From assembly GCA_024653945.1 (NCBI GenBank), contig JANLIT010000003.1, positions 162,936-226,935 on the forward strand: 64,000 nucleotides of DNA, read 5' to 3'. The position numbers and the translations under genes were made by a program. Under the pieces are notes generated by a model. That model saw only the letters and a list, made by a program, of their open reading frames with translations. It made no database searches and had not been told where the DNA came from. Positions within the stretch are counted from its first letter, which is position 1, and each line of letters begins with the position of its first letter. This document shows, piece by piece, positions 31,010-40,743 of the stretch. Source of the stretch: Candidatus Campbellbacteria bacterium. GTDB taxonomy: Bacteria; Patescibacteriota; Minisyncoccia; Phycocordibacterales; EsbW-18.

Positions 31010-32281
31010 TTAATACGTCGCGTGAAGTGCGCGTTCAAGACGACGATTACTATTTGGTACACACGTGTTATATCCACGAGAATTGATTTCCGTGCTGGAA
31101 TTATCTACCGCAATAGCTCTTTTCGTTACCTCAACAAGAGCACAAGTGCCATCATCAAACGATATATCAAAAAATGTTATTGATTCATCAAGAGGCTCCT
31201 CGCCGAGAATAATCTTCCAATTCCCATCTCCGCCCGCTGGCACCCAACCTGTTGTTCCATCTTCTCTAATAGTTGTCTCATTAATGATTGTGCCTGCACA
31301 CGTCAGTGGAATGCCATCGTCTTCTATAGAAGCAACTGGAGGCACAAACATATTGTTTGAGGTCCCTGAAAACAGTGCCGTAATCTCGTCTGAAGAAAGT
31401 TCCCGATTGTACACACGCACATCATCAAGTTCTCCGTTAAAGTATGCATCTCCTTCAACAAAAGGCAGCCCAAGGGTAAGTTGTGGTGCGGGTAAGCTTA
31501 CAAAATTTGCTGGTGTGGTTCCAAGTGATTCATTGTTTACATATACCGCAAGACTTGTTCCGTCATACGTCACAACAACATGATTCCACCCAAGTCCAAG
31601 GGGCTTCGTCGCTATTGGTGTTTCTTCCCACCCACTCACCTGCAATATCCCGTCGGTATCAATAAGCCACTGGTGACCTTTGCCAGTATCACCAAGAAGA
31701 AGCACCCACTCATTTTGACCTTTGACCATAGGTAATCCGTTCACTTTTACCCGCGCACTAATAGTGTGTTCATTATCAGTTCCAAGAGAGAGTTTGTTAT
31801 TAGTATTAAAAAAATCATCCACACCATCAAATGGGAGTGCGAGGCCAATTTGCCCATCCGTTCTTGTTATTTTGTCGTTAAGAGTACCATCATTCCCTTG
31901 TCCGCTACTATCAAATGCCTTGTCAAGATTTGAATCCACCACTTCCTCAAACCGCCAATAGCCGACGAGTCCACTGGCAAGCGAGTCACCATAAAATCCG
32001 AATGCTGGCGCACCACTACCGTCGTGCACATAATCCCAGTAGAGGGCACATTCAAGAGCTGAATCTGCGGCATAAAAAGCACCCTCTGATTCACGAACGC
32101 CTGAAGTTAAAATAAACTCTTTGTACGTAATATTAAAAATAGCAAGCCCAATGGAAAGCAGGAGCGACGAAATAAGCATTGCGTAGAAAAGAGTGAACCC
32201 GCGTGAATAGTAGGAAGTAGTAGGTAGTACGAAGTATGGGAACTTCTTTTTTTGTATTGTGTTGTTGTTTGTATTTTTCAT
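31010..32281 (-). CDS. pseudopilin-like protein with LamG/concanavalin-like domain
   Basis: 423 aa; N-terminal ..RGFTLFYAMLISSLLLSIGLAIF.. prepilin-like hydrophobic segment (no Glu5); LamG-like ..FDGVDDFF..GWNHVVVTYDGTSLAVYVNNESL.. Confidence 0.55.
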   Translation of the reverse strand: MKNTNNNTIQKKKFPYFVLPTTSYYSRGFTLFYAMLISSLLLSIGLAIFNITYKEFILTSGVRESEGAFYAADSALECALYWDYVHDGSGAPAFGFYGDSLASGLVGYWRFEEVVDSNLDKAFDSSGQGNDGTLNDKITRTDGQIGLALPFDGVDDFFNTNNKLSLGTDNEHTISARVKVNGLPMVKGQNEWVLLLGDTGKGHQWLIDTDGILQVSGWEETPIATKPLGLGWNHVVVTYDGTSLAVYVNNESLGTTPANFVSLPAPQLTLGLPFVEGDAYFNGELDDVRVYNRELSSDEITALFSGTSNNMFVPPVASIEDDGIPLTCAGTIINETTIREDGTTGWVPAGGDGNWKIILGEEPLDESITFFDISFDDGTCALVEVTKRAIAVDNSSTEINSRGYNTCVPNSNRRLERALHATY

Positions 32282-32342
32282 TTTTCTTTTTTGCCTTCTA
32301 CTTACTACATCCTACTTACTACTTACTTCTTACTTCTCCCCC

Positions 32343-32855
32343 CTACTGCCAATTAAATAACTCCTCGTGCAGTACAAAAGACCTATTCACCAACACATCA
32401 TTCCACGACACGGTAATGGTTGCTGAAATTTCCCTATCGCGGTCTTCTCCATATGACAGCGAAACTGTTCGTGTAAATTTGGTATCTACCCAACCATTCT
32501 CATATCCATACTTACCCGTGGCGTCGTCAAACTGTAGAGCGGGACAGACGGTCTCATTTACACCTTCACATTTCGTAATTGTATTTTGAGGAATATCTAC
32601 TGTGCACGAACTAGGACTAAAACAACCCTCAGGAAAAACAGAAAGCCAATCACCTGTACCGGTAATTGCACCACTGTCGCGTTTAAATCGTAAAAATTCA
32701 ACCCCCTCTTGTGCAAGATAATTCGCCACTATCTGGTCACGCGCAATACGTGCCGCTCGGAGACCTTGTGCCGCAAGAGACAGCGGAGCAACCACAGAGA
32801 CAATGAGCACCGCGATGGCAACAATAGTTTCAACGAAGGTGAACCCAGTATTCAT
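32343..32855 (-). CDS. type IV pilin-like protein (prepilin N-terminal G|FTFVE)
   Basis: MNTGFTFVETIVAIAVLIVSVV.. from ATG 32855; ORF-track extension to 32963 covers the conserved upstream repeat. Confidence 0.75.
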   Translation of the reverse strand: MNTGFTFVETIVAIAVLIVSVVAPLSLAAQGLRAARIARDQIVANYLAQEGVEFLRFKRDSGAITGTGDWLSVFPEGCFSPSSCTVDIPQNTITKCEGVNETVCPALQFDDATGKYGYENGWVDTKFTRTVSLSYGEDRDREISATITVSWNDVLVNRSFVLHEELFNWQ

Positions 32856-32965
32856 GTAGCATGTAGCATGTAGCATGTAGCAATTTGATTCTTGTATTTT
32901 GTTATTTGTTTTGTGCTTCATGGTACATGTTGTGTGTTTCATGGTACATGTTTCGTGTTTCATTC
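32856..32965. repeat. conserved pilin 5' region repeat, copy A, with (CATGTAG)n heptamer tandem repeats
   Basis: Near-identical ~90-110 bp blocks precede all three tandem pilin genes (32856..32965, 33509..33598, 34193..34287). Confidence 0.8.
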
Positions 32966-32971
32966 AAATTC

Positions 32972-33508
32972 CTATCTCTCCAAAAATCTCTGTGTTATGA
33001 GTGTCTGTAAATTGAAGGCTACCTCTGTTCTGGGTGTTTTTCCTGCAGTTCCACGCATAATAATAAGCACTCGTGGCTGTCCACCATCATTCTCAAGATA
33101 AAATTTGAGCGTAGTAACATTAACGTCTGGAGAAGTCACGGGAAGAAAACCCCCACCTTCTCGGTCGCGCATAATTTGTCCTCTACCCTCTACTGTTGTT
33201 GCTAATTTATACGTCACTGGTACGACGGGCGCGCTGTCGGTATCGTTGAAAGAAAATATTTCAGAGCCACTCGCACAGTCTGCAAGCGCATCACCTGGTG
33301 TTGCTGAACATGAATAACCTCCTCCCACACGAATGGCGCGCGTCATGGCATCAAGTGAAAAATTGAGATTGTTCATGACCGTTTTTGTTGCCTGCGCCTT
33401 TCTGTTTGCATCAAGCATGCTTATTACTGCAGTTGCAGCAACAATCATCACAATAGAAAAGATAAAAAGCGCAACAATCATTTCTACGAGCGTGAAACCA
33501 GCATTCAT
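32972..33508 (-). CDS. type IV pilin-like protein (G|FTLVE)
   Basis: MNAGFTLVEMIVALFIFSIV.. from ATG 33508. Confidence 0.75.
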   Translation of the reverse strand: MNAGFTLVEMIVALFIFSIVMIVAATAVISMLDANRKAQATKTVMNNLNFSLDAMTRAIRVGGGYSCSATPGDALADCASGSEIFSFNDTDSAPVVPVTYKLATTVEGRGQIMRDREGGGFLPVTSPDVNVTTLKFYLENDGGQPRVLIIMRGTAGKTPRTEVAFNLQTLITQRFLER

Positions 33509-33598
33509 GTGGCGTGTAGCATGTAGCATGTAGCAATTTGATTCTTGTTTTTTGTTATTTGTTTTGTGTTTCATGTTACATGTTGTGTGTTTCATTTA
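33509..33598. repeat. conserved pilin 5' region repeat, copy B
   Basis: See copy A. Confidence 0.8.
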
Positions 33599-34192
33599 AA
33601 TCCCCACCTCTTCTACCCCCGCTGGTGCTTCTTCCAATCGAGAAACTGAAATTTGTCCTGTTGATTCCACAACAACAAGCCGACTTCCTCCGCGTGGAGT
33701 AACTAATTCAATACCGACAGCACCAAGCGCTCTTGTTACACCACCTGAGACTGTGTTTATAATTGCATCTGGATTAGGGCGTTCAAATATAATATTCGCA
33801 TTTTCTAGCTCGCTGTCGCATGTTTTCGCGGTTGAAAAATCACATAAACGCGCCACGGTGAAACCACGTCCTAGCGTAAATGTTTCAAGGGTTTCTTCTG
33901 GGCTACTACTATATGCGTAATTACCGTCAAGATCGAGAAAGAGTTTGTATGTTGTGGCATCCGTGCCTGCTTCAAAATACACACCATATGCATTATCAAA
34001 ATTAGTACCCTGTCCCAGCACATGAATACCGTAATTTTGCGCCTGTCTAATAGAGAGCGCCACATCATATGCCACATCTGCAAGAAGCACCTCGTTATCA
34101 AACTGACTATTGCGCACAAGAACCACGGTGGAAATGAGGGCAAAAATACTCACCGTTACAATGAGTTCCATGAGGGTGAACCCGGCATTCAT
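33596..34192 (-). CDS. type IV pilin-like protein (G|FTLME)
   Basis: MNAGFTLMELIVTVSIFALI.. from ATG 34192. Confidence 0.75.
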   Translation of the reverse strand: MNAGFTLMELIVTVSIFALISTVVLVRNSQFDNEVLLADVAYDVALSIRQAQNYGIHVLGQGTNFDNAYGVYFEAGTDATTYKLFLDLDGNYAYSSSPEETLETFTLGRGFTVARLCDFSTAKTCDSELENANIIFERPNPDAIINTVSGGVTRALGAVGIELVTPRGGSRLVVVESTGQISVSRLEEAPAGVEEVGI

Positions 34193-34287
34193 GTAGCGCG
34201 TAGCATGTAGCATGTAGCAATTTGGTTCTTGTATTTTGTTATTTGTTTTGTGTTTCATGTTACATGTTTTGTGGTACATGTTTCGTG
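34193..34287. repeat. conserved pilin 5' region repeat, copy C
   Basis: See copy A. Confidence 0.8.
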
Positions 34288-35103
34288 CTACCCCATTAAA
34301 TACGCCACAAGATTTATGTTGAAGAAAAAGACAATTGCAAAACCAAGAATAAGAAAGGGGGCAAACGGAACTTCACTCTTCATTGTAAAGCGTCCGTGCA
34401 CTTCAGACAATGCACAAGCATGTGCATATTGAGCATAATCAACACACACAAGAACAATGCTCACCACGGCGCCAATCCAAAATGCAAAAAAGAGCGCCGA
34501 GAGTCCGCCTGTAATTCCGAGGACCCACCCAATACCGAGTGCAAGTTTTGCATCACCAAATCCCATCCATCGCCCGCCAGATACCAACCACAAAAACGCA
34601 AAGGGCAGAGCAATGAGTGGGCCGGCAAGTAAAATATTCAGAGACGGCGAAGCAAAACTTTCTCCGGTATGCGCGGGAAGAAAAAGCGCAATAAACGAAA
34701 AAGCGATAAATGCATATACAAACGCATCTGGAATTATTTTGTGTCGCATATCGTATACAAGTATCACAACAAGCAATGCCCAGATGACGAGTGAGAAAAC
34801 GAAAGTTGTTAGATTTTCAATACCGAAACGGTAATAATTTAAAACAAACAAAATAGCTGTGAGGAGTTCAACGAGAGGATATTGCCATGAAATTGATGAG
34901 CCACACGTACGACACTTCCCTTTTTGTATGAGAAAGCTCCCGATAGGAAGTAATTCAAACCAACGCAGTTGTGCTCCACACTGTGCACATCCTGAACGAC
35001 CAGCAATAGTTCGTCCTGTGTTATAGCGAAGAATGACGACATTGAGAAAACTCCCCACAATTGCACCGAGACAAAAGATGAAGAAGAACGAGAGAAATGT
35101 CAT
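34288..35103 (-). CDS. pilD: prepilin peptidase (A24 family, PilD)
   Basis: Starts MTFLSFFFIF (ATG 35103); N-terminal CxxC..CxxC domain plus polytopic A24 peptidase region. Confidence 0.85.
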   Translation of the reverse strand: MTFLSFFFIFCLGAIVGSFLNVVILRYNTGRTIAGRSGCAQCGAQLRWFELLPIGSFLIQKGKCRTCGSSISWQYPLVELLTAILFVLNYYRFGIENLTTFVFSLVIWALLVVILVYDMRHKIIPDAFVYAFIAFSFIALFLPAHTGESFASPSLNILLAGPLIALPFAFLWLVSGGRWMGFGDAKLALGIGWVLGITGGLSALFFAFWIGAVVSIVLVCVDYAQYAHACALSEVHGRFTMKSEVPFAPFLILGFAIVFFFNINLVAYLMG

Positions 35104-35124
35104 GCCCTTAAGTATAGCATTTAA

Positions 35125-35161
35125 GGGGTTTAACCCCTCAGCCCCTGAGGGGTTAAACCCC
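35125..35161. promoter_or_regulatory. 17-bp perfect inverted repeat (ggggtttaacccctcag ccc ctgaggggttaaacccc) in a cluster of hairpins upstream of pilD
   Basis: Region 35104..35190 holds four consecutive palindromes (ccttaa..ttaagg, aggggtt/aacccct, the 17-bp IR, ggagttcaactcc). Confidence 0.5.
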
Positions 35162-35197
35162 TGACACCGGAGGAGTTCAACTCCTATAAATTCCACA

Positions 35198-35230
35198 TAA
35201 CAAAAACCCGCCAGAAGCGGGTTTTTGTTT
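35198..35230 (-). terminator. terminator downstream of pilA (palindromic, T-runs on both strands)
   Basis: caaaaacccgccagaagcgggtttttgtttg. Confidence 0.7.
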
Positions 35231-35251
35231 GCAATAGAGTTTCTAGAGAAC

Positions 35252-35782
35252 TTAAGGTGTTACGTCGTAACAGAGATCTGTTGCACCTGTTGCAGTAGCA
35301 TCAGAGGCACAGCCCGCAGCAATACTAACTCCGTCAAAAGCTGCAACTGCGACACAAGCGTCTGCACGAGCTTCGTTAGCTATACTCAATTCAAGATCGG
35401 AGTCACTAGACAAAACTTGGTGACCAGTTTGCTCCAAAACAGTACCTATGTGGTAACTCGTACAAGAAGCGTCGAGACCAGTGTACTGATATACACCTCC
35501 TAGTGGGTCAGCCGGCATTGCTGACAAATAATCACCGAATGCTACACCAGTAGGACAACCATTGTTTGCCGTTGCAAGGAGTGCGTCTGGATACTGACCA
35601 CAAGAATCAAAGTACAATTCAAGGGCTAACTGAACGTTCTTGACGTCAGAAACACGCTTTGCGTCTCGACTTTTTTCACGTGCGCTGTTAAGAGATGCCA
35701 AAACAACTGATGAGAGGATGCCGATGATTGCAATCACGACAAGCAACTCGATAAGGGTAAAACCTCGTGTGAATTTCTTCAT
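35252..35782 (-). CDS. pilA: major type IV pilin (PilA-like)
   Basis: MKKFTRG|FTLIELLVVIAIIGILSSVVLASL.. canonical class III signal and N-methyl-Phe/Glu5 helix. Confidence 0.9.
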   Translation of the reverse strand: MKKFTRGFTLIELLVVIAIIGILSSVVLASLNSAREKSRDAKRVSDVKNVQLALELYFDSCGQYPDALLATANNGCPTGVAFGDYLSAMPADPLGGVYQYTGLDASCTSYHIGTVLEQTGHQVLSSDSDLELSIANEARADACVAVAAFDGVSIAAGCASDATATGATDLCYDVTP

Positions 35783-35935
35783 AATTTTTTTGCGAACTAA
35801 TAAATCGCTTACGTTAATAAAGCCCTTTTATTATAGGCGCTATTAGGAAAAGCGGAAAGAGCCCTGTGTATAACTCTTCACTTGCCTTTATTTTCAAGGG
35901 CACGCGTCCATTTCTCCTGAAATAGCGCTCGCATT

Positions 35936-36049
35936 CCCGATTTGTCCCTGTCAACAGGGCTACAAATCGCAATCTTTTAGGGCTCGGCCTCTTCGGCCTC
36001 CCGATTTGTCCCTGTCAACAGGGCTACAAATCGCAATCCTTTAGGGCTC
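35936..36049. promoter_or_regulatory. two tandem ~50-bp direct repeats (35936..35985 and 36000..36049) in the pilA upstream region, each carrying hairpin ccctgtcaacaggg
   Basis: cccgatttgtccctgtcaacagggctacaaatcgcaatcYtttagggctc repeated with a 14-bp spacer; a + strand-oriented terminator-like hairpin (36076..36110, ccgaacttttgctctgcaaaagttcgg+TTTTTG) follows. Confidence 0.5.
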
Positions 36050-36167
36050 CGAGAGTTTCTCGTACGCCAGGACTCACTCCGTACCCCGAACTTTTGCTCT
36101 GCAAAAGTTCGGTTTTTGTTATTTACTATTGGTTATTTGCTATTGGTTATTTGCTATTTCCCCACCC

Positions 36168-37373
36168 CTATATTCCCGCAGAAATGTTGTAAATTGGGAC
36201 AAGAACGGCTGCTAAGAGTGTACCGACACCAAGACCGAGGAGCACAATCATGGCTGGTTCAATAAGGTCAACGAGTGTATCAACGGCATTTTTCACTTCT
36301 CGTTCATAGAAGTGCGCCAACGTTTTAAGAATTCCTGCCAATTCTCCTGTTTCTTCACCGATACGAATCATCTGCGTCATGATATTGGGGATAAGATCAT
36401 TTCCGGCGAGCGAATCTGCGACACTTGAACCTCCACGCACACTCTCAACCGCCTTTTTAAGCAAATCTTCATAGAGCATATTGCCCACAACCACGGAACT
36501 GATTTCAAGTCCCCGAACCATCGGAATACCGGACGAGAGCATGGTGTTCATGTTGTCTGCAATACGAGAAAGGTAGAGTTTGCGGTACAAAGAACCAAGA
36601 TACGGCAAGGAAATTTTTAATCGTGAAAAAGACATCTGTCCCGCACCTGTCGTCAGGTACTTCCAAAGCCACACACCACCAATTGCCAGCAGTATGACAA
36701 AGAAAATGCCGTAATTCACCAAAAATGAACTTATTGCAATAACCACCTTGGTATATGCAGGTATCTCTTGCCCACTATCCTCAAGAATTGAACCAAGTTT
36801 TGGAATAACGGTTGTAAACATCAACACCATCACGATAATAAAAACAGAAATAACAAATGCTGGATAAATGAGCGCATTTCGCGCCTTTGATGTTACTTCA
36901 TATGTACGGTCTAGATAATCGGCAAGATATAAAAATGTTTGGTCCAATTTTCCCGATTCTTCTCCAGCACGAACCATGTTGATATAAAAGAGTGAAAAGA
37001 TTTTTGGGTGTTTTTCCAACGCTTTTGAAATCGCACTTCCTCCCTGCAAATCATTTGAAATTTCAAGAAGCGCGTACTGCAACGCTGGTTTTTCTGTTTC
37101 TTCAGCAAGCAAACGAAATACGCGGAGCGCTGACACCTGCGCTTCAAAGAGTGTCGCAATCTGACGAGAAAGAATAACGAGGTCTTTGTTGGAAACACTA
37201 CTACCAAACGTAAATGTTTTTCCAAGACCTCTGTCGGCATTGACCGCCTTGATTGATGAAATAACCAAACCGCGCTCTTGCAAAGAACGAATCGCGATAC
37301 CATCATTAATCGCGTCTATTGTTCCGCTCTTTTCATTCCCCTCTGTATCAAGTGCTGTGTAAGAAAAAATCAT
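36168..37373 (-). CDS. pilC: type IV pilus assembly platform protein PilC (GspF family)
   Basis: 401 aa, two GspF repeats, 3 TM. Confidence 0.9.
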   Translation of the reverse strand: MIFSYTALDTEGNEKSGTIDAINDGIAIRSLQERGLVISSIKAVNADRGLGKTFTFGSSVSNKDLVILSRQIATLFEAQVSALRVFRLLAEETEKPALQYALLEISNDLQGGSAISKALEKHPKIFSLFYINMVRAGEESGKLDQTFLYLADYLDRTYEVTSKARNALIYPAFVISVFIIVMVLMFTTVIPKLGSILEDSGQEIPAYTKVVIAISSFLVNYGIFFVILLAIGGVWLWKYLTTGAGQMSFSRLKISLPYLGSLYRKLYLSRIADNMNTMLSSGIPMVRGLEISSVVVGNMLYEDLLKKAVESVRGGSSVADSLAGNDLIPNIMTQMIRIGEETGELAGILKTLAHFYEREVKNAVDTLVDLIEPAMIVLLGLGVGTLLAAVLVPIYNISAGI

Positions 37374-37451
37374 ACTAGATATTATCCGCCAATTTTAAGA
37401 AGTGCGAGTAGTACAACAAGTCCGATACCAATATACAGAATAACTTTCATA

Positions 37452-38525
37452 TTAAATAAGCCGTTCCAGCACCGCGGGATTGAGGGAGTGAATGCGAGCT
37501 GTCTCAACAGTAATATCTCCACGGCGAACGAGCTCTGCGAGAGAACGATTCATATCTATCATGCCGTATTCAGAACCTGTTTCAATAACGGTGTCTATTT
37601 CGTGCGTGCGGGCCTCGCGAATCAGGTTTGCCGTTGCTTTCGTGTTAATGAGCAATTCGTATGCAGGAACAAGACCACCAGACACGCGCTGAACCAAACG
37701 CTGAGAAAAGATTCCAATCAATGAACCTGCAAGTTGAAGACGCACTTGGTCTTGTTGTTCAGGAGCAAATGAGTCAATAATACGGTCAATTGTTTGTGAT
37801 GCACTGTTGGTGTGTAGTGTTGAGAGCACGAGGTGTCCTGTTTCGGCGGCCGTTACGGCGGTTGCGATGGTTTCTTGTCCACGCATTTCTCCTACCATGG
37901 CAACATCAACATCCTGACGAAACATTTGACGAAGTGCGATATGAAAATCTTCAGTATCAATGTGAATCTCACGCTGATTAATCATTGATTTCTTCGGTTC
38001 AAAAATATATTCAATAGGGTCTTCAATCGTTACAATGTGGTCAGCTCGCTCAGAGTTAATCACATCAATCATTGCGGCAAGTGTTGTTGATTTTCCGTGG
38101 CCAACAGGACCCACCACAAGGAAAAATCCTTGTTCACGTCGTGCAAAGTCCGCCAAAATAGATGGCAGTGCAAGTTCTTCGATGGTGCGAATCTTTTTAG
38201 GAATAAAACGCAACACAATATCAATTGTTCCTCGAGAGTATGAGCAGTTTCCACGAAAACGCGCTTCCCCATCTTTAAAACTGTATGAAAAATCTATTTC
38301 TTTGTTGCGTAGAAAAATATCGCGGTTCTCTGGTGTGACAAGTACACCCATAAGACCTTCCGTGTCTTCGGGTGTAAGAACATCTTTCTTCACCAATGGA
38401 ATGAGTGTGCCAGAAACGCGAATGGTTGGATTGTACCCGGGGGAAAGGTGCAAATCAGAGGCACCTTCTTTAACGGTGATGTCGAGTAAATCAAAGAGTT
38501 CTTGTGCGTAGTCGTGTGATGACAT
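37452..38525 (-). CDS. pilT: twitching motility ATPase PilT
   Basis: 357 aa; Walker A GPVGHGKSTT, Asp/His boxes, PilT-typical sequence. Confidence 0.9.
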   Translation of the reverse strand: MSSHDYAQELFDLLDITVKEGASDLHLSPGYNPTIRVSGTLIPLVKKDVLTPEDTEGLMGVLVTPENRDIFLRNKEIDFSYSFKDGEARFRGNCSYSRGTIDIVLRFIPKKIRTIEELALPSILADFARREQGFFLVVGPVGHGKSTTLAAMIDVINSERADHIVTIEDPIEYIFEPKKSMINQREIHIDTEDFHIALRQMFRQDVDVAMVGEMRGQETIATAVTAAETGHLVLSTLHTNSASQTIDRIIDSFAPEQQDQVRLQLAGSLIGIFSQRLVQRVSGGLVPAYELLINTKATANLIREARTHEIDTVIETGSEYGMIDMNRSLAELVRRGDITVETARIHSLNPAVLERLI

Positions 38526-38537
38526 ATGTGCGTATTA

Positions 38538-40334
38538 TTATACCACGGGTGTGTCCTGTTCTTTTACATTCTCAACAGAGAATGTTTCATCTGCTGTATC
38601 GTAGAGTCCTCCAAGGGTATTTACCTCTTCGAAAGGAACTTCTTTGCGCATGCTCTTCATAAGTGCATCTTCGCGCATAGTAATCATACCGTGCGCACGT
38701 GCGGCTGTGAATAGTTTTGGTTCAACAGGATCGGTGAGAATAATGTGTTCAAGCTCTTTGGTCATTTCAGCAACCTCAAATACTGCCACGCGTCCACGAG
38801 TTCCATTTGGACAATCGTCTGTTGGCTCTAAACCATACAAATCAGTTGATGTGGGTATTTCGGAACGATACTCCTTTGGTAAATCAGCAAATTGTCTGTC
38901 AAACATCGCCTGCAAACCACCTTCCATGGGCATTTTCTTTCCTGTGTCTGGGCACAATTTACGCACAAGACGTTGTGCCATAGTTAAAATAAGTGTTGGA
39001 CCGATCAAAAACGGGTCAACACCCATATCAATAAGACGTGGAATAGCTCCGATGGCATTGTTTGTGTGAATCGTAGAAAAAACGAGGTGGCCAGTGAGTG
39101 CGGCTTGAATGGCAAGCTGTGCAGTTTCCTTATCTCGAATTTCTCCCACCATGATGATATCTGGGTCCTGGCGGAGTGTTGTGCGAAGTCCTGACGCAAA
39201 CGTGTATCCGATTTCCGGACGTACTTGGGACTGGTTCATGCCCGCGATGCTGTACTCAACTGGATCTTCCAGCGAGAGCACGTTTTGTGTTTCCCTGTCC
39301 ACTTCTTGCAACATTGAATACAGTGTCGTTGTTTTTCCTGAACCCGTTGGACCAGAAATAAGAATGAGACCGTACGGGCGCGTGATTGCGTTACGAATTA
39401 TTTTAAGATTTCGTTCAGAAAAACCGATTTGTGAAAGTGGCAACACGCCTTTTTCTGAGTCAAGAATACGCAACACCACTTTTTCTCCGTAGTATGCGGG
39501 AAATGTTGAGACACGAAAATCTATTTTCCGACCACTGATTCGTGCCGAAAATCGGTTATCTTGCGGTTTGCGCCTCTCATCAAGCTTCATGTTACAAAGA
39601 ATCTTGATACGAGCGACGATAGCACTGTGCACACTCAAAGGTAAAACAAGGTTTGTTGAGAGCGCGCCATCAACACGAAAACGAACTCTGACATTTTCTG
39701 CCGTGGGTTCAATGTGGATGTCTGATGCGTCTCCTTCAATGGCATGTTTCAAAATGGTTGCTACAATTTTTGTTACCGGCGCATCTTCTACCAACGCCGT
39801 TTCTGAACCATCTTTGCCTTTTTTTCCTGCCTCTTGTAGTTTGCGGGACAATTCTTCTTCTTCATCAGAAAGCTCCGTTTCCAAATCAGTGAGTGCCTTT
39901 GTCACCTCTCCCGTCAAGCCTTCGTAGTTCTTGAGAATACCTTCAAAGTCGGATTGCGATATGAGAAAAAGCTTGAACGGCATATCTATCTTTGATGCAA
40001 TAAACTGCAATGCGTCGCGTGCTTCCGTATTGTCAGGGTCAACAATACCAACTTCTAGTGCCCCATCTGTAACGGAAAGTGGTGCAATTTGATAGTGCTG
40101 TGCGGACTCTTCTGGAATGTACTTTAAAATCTCAAATGAAATGGGTGCGGTAATTGCTTTTGTAGGAAGGCCAAAATGCACCCCTTTTGCCAAGAGAACT
40201 TCTTCAGGCAAAACGCCATGGGCACGAACAACGTCCTCTATACTTTTGCCTGTTGTTTGCGCCTCTTTCTCAAACGCACTCACAGACAACTCATCAATAA
40301 CACCTTTTTGTGCAAGTTCGTTTAAAAAAGACAT
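38538..40334 (-). CDS. pilB: type IV pilus assembly ATPase PilB (GspE family)
   Basis: 598 aa; N-terminal T2SSE_N domain, Walker A GPTGSGKTTT, tetracysteine region. Confidence 0.9.
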   Translation of the reverse strand: MSFLNELAQKGVIDELSVSAFEKEAQTTGKSIEDVVRAHGVLPEEVLLAKGVHFGLPTKAITAPISFEILKYIPEESAQHYQIAPLSVTDGALEVGIVDPDNTEARDALQFIASKIDMPFKLFLISQSDFEGILKNYEGLTGEVTKALTDLETELSDEEEELSRKLQEAGKKGKDGSETALVEDAPVTKIVATILKHAIEGDASDIHIEPTAENVRVRFRVDGALSTNLVLPLSVHSAIVARIKILCNMKLDERRKPQDNRFSARISGRKIDFRVSTFPAYYGEKVVLRILDSEKGVLPLSQIGFSERNLKIIRNAITRPYGLILISGPTGSGKTTTLYSMLQEVDRETQNVLSLEDPVEYSIAGMNQSQVRPEIGYTFASGLRTTLRQDPDIIMVGEIRDKETAQLAIQAALTGHLVFSTIHTNNAIGAIPRLIDMGVDPFLIGPTLILTMAQRLVRKLCPDTGKKMPMEGGLQAMFDRQFADLPKEYRSEIPTSTDLYGLEPTDDCPNGTRGRVAVFEVAEMTKELEHIILTDPVEPKLFTAARAHGMITMREDALMKSMRKEVPFEEVNTLGGLYDTADETFSVENVKEQDTPVV

Positions 40335-40359
40335 GTGGTATACCGCGTGTGCGGAAACA

Positions 40360-40743
40360 TTACAGACCCGTGCTCTCTACACTGGACGTTCCCTGTTGAG
40401 TAGGTTGAGTGGTAGTGCGCTCTACCCCATCCGAGCCAATAGGAGCAAATGGATTTGGTCTTTGTCGTGGCTCCAGTGTGAGGCTAACTGAAAAATCCGT
40501 GAGGGAAAGGAATAATTGGTCAGAGAAGAAGGCTCCGTCAAGGTCGATGGTCTTGAGTTGAGAAAGTAATAACAACAGTTCGTTGTCAGCACTTGGAACG
40601 GTTGATGTATTGCTAGATGTCAGAGTCGCCTCTGGTGCTTTTTTGAAAAACATAGAGTACAACACAAAAAGTATGAGAATACCGAGGACCACACCAATGA
40701 TTTTTTTATATTTTTGAAACATATCAGTAATTAGCGAAGCCAA
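40360..40743 (-). CDS. small membrane protein in pilus operon (hypothetical, possibly PilP-like)
   Basis: 127 aa, one TM, Thr/Ser-rich. Confidence 0.4.
   Translation of the reverse strand: MASLITDMFQKYKKIIGVVLGILILFVLYSMFFKKAPEATLTSSNTSTVPSADNELLLLLSQLKTIDLDGAFFSDQLFLSLTDFSVSLTLEPRQRPNPFAPIGSDGVERTTTQPTQQGTSSVESTGL

Noticed and set aside
35936-36049. possible mini-CRISPR array
   Set aside because: Only two repeats, 50-bp units with a 14-bp spacer, no cas genes. Inconsistent with CRISPR architecture.
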